DNA of 25,872 bases from a phage: the NCBI GenBank assembly GCA_020318295.1, contig GCA_020318295.1_4859.2; one strand, written 5' to 3'. The notes beneath the pieces are model-generated. The model was not told the DNA's origin, searched no databases, and worked only from the letters and a program-made list of their open reading frames with translations. This document shows positions 23,441-25,872 of this stretch, piece by piece. Within the stretch, counting starts at the first letter, position 1. Each line of letters begins with the position of its first letter. Position numbers and translations under genes: made by a program.

Positions 23441-23470
23441 AATAGCGACCTCTGATTAAAGGCAACGTGG

Positions 23471-24070
23471 TCATAATAAGCACAAGCTCTCAAGCCACAG
23501 ATGTCCTTCAAGCGCATGGTGGTAACAAGGAATACCACACTGCTTAGCGTATTTTACGCCCATTGCAGTACCGCCGGTCGGATTACCTTGTTTATCTAAA
23601 GGCGCAGAGTAATAGACTGCGTCTACAGGCGTTGCTAAATCATCGCCCATAATTATATTCAGATTACGCCCGTGAAGCGCCCAGGCGAACTCCTGGAGCT
23701 TTTCTGGCGCGGGATGAAGCTTACCTACTATCTCACGATAGCGGTCATCCTGAGGGATTACACGGAACTCTACGTTGGGATTCTGTTTCTTGAGCCAGAG
23801 CTTTTTCTCATCGGGTAGGTAACAAATGAACTCATCATCCCACACCACTTTCTTGCCGGTATCTTGGTCGATTGTATTCGCCCACTGTCGGGCAAATCGG
23901 AATTGCAATTGGTCTGGACCACACCAGCAGCCGCCAGAGGAAAAATGAATCGTGTAATCTTTGGCGTGCAGCGCATTAAACCCACGTAACAATCGCATGT
24001 ACATTTCAGACATGGTATCTTCATCAGTCTTCCGAGAACCGATTACCGCAATTTTATAAATCTTTTTCAT
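23471..24070 (-). CDS. DprA/SLOG-like Rossmann-fold protein (199 aa)
   Basis: N-terminal YKIAVIGSR followed by FSSGGCWCGPD and a C-terminal GGTAMG resemble the DprA/Smf-LOG (SLOG) pattern from memory. AGGAGG 7 nt upstream. Confidence 0.6.
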   Translation of the reverse strand: MKKIYKIAVIGSRKTDEDTMSEMYMRLLRGFNALHAKDYTIHFSSGGCWCGPDQLQFRFARQWANTIDQDTGKKVVWDDEFICYLPDEKKLWLKKQNPNVEFRVIPQDDRYREIVGKLHPAPEKLQEFAWALHGRNLNIIMGDDLATPVDAVYYSAPLDKQGNPTGGTAMGVKYAKQCGIPCYHHALEGHLWLESLCLL

Positions 24071-24104
24071 GGACTTACCTCCTATACGGAGTGGACGATT
24101 CGTA

Positions 24105-24147
24105 AGAAAAAAATAAATACCTACCCTCGCTAAACGGGCGAGGGTAG
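24105..24147 (-). terminator. Intrinsic terminator
   Basis: Perfect 10-bp stem ctaccctcgc/gcgagggtag with a 7-nt loop, followed by TATTTATTTTTTTC on the minus strand. Confidence 0.75.
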
Positions 24148-24151
24148 TGTC

Positions 24152-24769
24152 TTAAACAAACACACGATAACGAAAACCGTTAAGCTTCGTGATAGTCACT
24201 TCTTCTAACAGCTTACGCCCCCAGAAACCAGCCAAGTCGTATTCCAGACCAGGCAGCGTTGTCTTGGTTAAGTCTTGGCCGATATGGTACGGTAGCGTAA
24301 TACGTGTGCGTGATTCGTAAACAAACGATTCACATTCATAGACGAGGATGTATCGATCGGTCAGGATGTCGTACTCTACGTGGCATTGCGCAGGGTTTTC
24401 CCACGCCTTACTTACGATGATACCACGTTCTGCACAGGCTGATTCAAAACTGGCCATCGCGGCTTCGGACCATACACGCAAATCGGCCGGTTTACCTTTC
24501 GACAAATCAAACCACGTGAGATGTTCAGGCTTCAACGTGATTATATCATTGAGGCTCAATTTGCGGTAGCGTACAACCACATAGTCATCAGGCTTACTCT
24601 TATTAGTCAGCAAAGCACTTACACGACCGTCCGGTTCCGGTGGACCATAACTCTCCACTCGGATACGTTCTGTGGTCAGGGGCGTATAAACGGTTTCAGC
24701 ATTAAAAGCATTGACTAAATCGAGCAAGGTTTGACTATGATGGTGGTTAAAGTCAATAACAAAAGACAT
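24152..24769 (-). CDS. Hypothetical protein (about 205 aa)
   Basis: ORF 24152..24814 trimmed to ATG 24769 (MSFVIDF...), which has AGGAG 6 nt upstream; the longer start has no SD and abuts the terminator. Confidence 0.6.
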   Translation of the reverse strand: MSFVIDFNHHHSQTLLDLVNAFNAETVYTPLTTERIRVESYGPPEPDGRVSALLTNKSKPDDYVVVRYRKLSLNDIITLKPEHLTWFDLSKGKPADLRVWSEAAMASFESACAERGIIVSKAWENPAQCHVEYDILTDRYILVYECESFVYESRTRITLPYHIGQDLTKTTLPGLEYDLAGFWGRKLLEEVTITKLNGFRYRVFV

Positions 24770-24816
24770 GCCTCGCTCCTGGTATTTGATTAAGGGGGGG
24801 TCATAATACTTCACAG

Positions 24817-24853
24817 GAAAATAATAAACAGTATAGGGGCCGAAGCCCCTATA
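24817..24853 (-). terminator. Intrinsic terminator
   Basis: Stem tataggggc/gcccctata with a 4-nt loop (TTCG on the minus strand), followed by a T-rich run. Confidence 0.7.
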
Positions 24854-24861
24854 CGCTGTGT

Positions 24862-25251
24862 TTAATAATCGTACAAAGGATACCGTGCGGAAATTTCTTT
24901 ACCTACCCAAAAAGTTAACCGTAGGTTATTAACTCTGCAGTGTGTTCGTACTGACGGGGCAATTGTCGCTTTAACTTTCGACGAACACGTACCCGCATCT
25001 ATTGGCTGGTACGTCTTGCGCTTTGTGTTAACGAGATAAAAGCCACCGCCTGGACACAGTTCAGAACGTCCGTAGTTAACCACGGCAAACTCACCATTTT
25101 CCACCGTCACGACTGGTTCATCTTTGTCGCTGAATTTCACAGGTGCGTCAGTTTCCCACATTGGTTTGTATTGCGGGAAGTCCTGAACAGTAAACGCGTA
25201 TACTGACGTAGTAACGCAAATTATAAACACAGCTAATACAGCACGCATCAT
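24862..25251 (-). CDS. Small secreted protein (129 aa) with signal peptide
   Basis: MMRAVLAVFIICVTTSVYA-FT is a signal-peptide-like N-terminus; GAGGA 7 nt upstream. Confidence 0.6.
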   Translation of the reverse strand: MMRAVLAVFIICVTTSVYAFTVQDFPQYKPMWETDAPVKFSDKDEPVVTVENGEFAVVNYGRSELCPGGGFYLVNTKRKTYQPIDAGTCSSKVKATIAPSVRTHCRVNNLRLTFWVGKEISARYPLYDY

Positions 25252-25253
25252 AT

Positions 25254-25730
25254 CTAGTCCTCTTCCAGATAGGGTAGAAGCCAGTCCATTTTCTCCAAAC
25301 GGTGAATCATGTTGCGAGTGTTTGGCGATACCTGTAAGGCATCGTGGAACTGTTTTTTGAAGTGATGCCAGTGATAAGAGAAAGGTTTAGTTGGATAGCC
25401 CGCTTCCTTGAGAACCTCTTCCCATTCCAACTTCTGGATAAGGTGTTCGTCGACCAAAACCTCAACTAAAGCCTTCCAGGCACTCCGACGAAAATGCCGG
25501 GACAACCGACGTTTTAAATCGGCATAACTTTTTCTTTTACTGGACCGTATTGCTGGTGATGTCTTACTGTGATGAAAAGAACATCTCGTAAGATTCAGAA
25601 TCTTAACAGGAGTGCCCCTAAGCGAACTGTCTGCAATATTCAGTTCATGCTGAGGAACAAGCTCCACACGGCGGATGACGTTTATACGGGTTCCATCCGT
25701 ATCTCGTGTTTCGTAAGCAACACGTATCAT
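25254..25730 (-). CDS. Hypothetical basic protein (158 aa)
   Basis: ATG at 25730; the next gene follows after a 2-nt gap. Confidence 0.55.
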   Translation of the reverse strand: MIRVAYETRDTDGTRINVIRRVELVPQHELNIADSSLRGTPVKILNLTRCSFHHSKTSPAIRSSKRKSYADLKRRLSRHFRRSAWKALVEVLVDEHLIQKLEWEEVLKEAGYPTKPFSYHWHHFKKQFHDALQVSPNTRNMIHRLEKMDWLLPYLEED

Positions 25731-25747
25731 TATACACTCTCGCTCGT

Positions 25748-25872
25748 TTAGACGAAATGACCTTCTGCCATCGAAAGAAAAATGGGAACGCTTTCAGCGT
25801 AATGAGTTAAAAGCTTTTCCTCCGGCGGCGTGTGTGACGAAATAACATTGTAGTTCGTCATACGAAAATACC
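25748..25872 (-). CDS. Hypothetical protein, C-terminal fragment or small ORF; frame open to the window end
   Basis: Frame is open from the window edge to TAA at 25748-25750, with an internal ATG at 25861. Cannot be resolved without flanking sequence. Confidence 0.25.
   Translation of the reverse strand, partial: YFRMTNYNVISSHTPPEEKLLTHYAESVPIFLSMAEGHFV

Noticed and set aside
24796-24802. G7 homopolymer (C7 on the coding strand) upstream of the 24152-24769 gene
   Set aside because: It lies in the 5' leader rather than in coding sequence and is short for a slipped-strand phase-variation tract; probably incidental.
1-25872. tRNA genes, rRNA, CRISPR arrays, integrase/transposase genes, terminal or inverted repeats marking a mobile-element boundary
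   Set aside because: No intergenic region is long enough or structured like a tRNA; there are no regularly spaced direct repeats, no recognisable recombinase motifs and no long repeats, as far as can be judged by eye without running tRNAscan or repeat finders.

Overview
This window is a gene-dense block in which every supported gene (about 40) lies on the minus strand, with the hallmarks of a tailed-phage or prophage segment. Junctions are short or overlapping (TAATG/ATGA coupling), there are ten intrinsic terminators, most with cUUCGg-type loops, and a conserved promoter-like motif recurs four times. I found no rRNA, tRNA, CRISPR array or transposase. Recognisable products, all judged by reading motifs against remembered family sequences (no search was run): an HslU-like AAA+ ATPase with a greatly expanded insertion domain and no HslV partner (7667-9427), a Dam-type N6-adenine methyltransferase (14851-15669), GNAT acetyltransferases (21560-22027 and a two-domain one at 15673-16674), a thymidylate-kinase-like kinase, a PP-loop ATPase overlapping a DUF488 protein, an XRE-type HTH regulator, a DprA/SLOG-like Rossmann protein, and a 1005-aa Trp-rich putative tail-fibre or carbohydrate-active protein. 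Most other genes are hypothetical. The most interesting candidate is the HslU-like unfoldase and its translationally coupled neighbours. Note that the supplied ORF track reports GTG/TTG starts as M, so several starts were re-chosen by hand.
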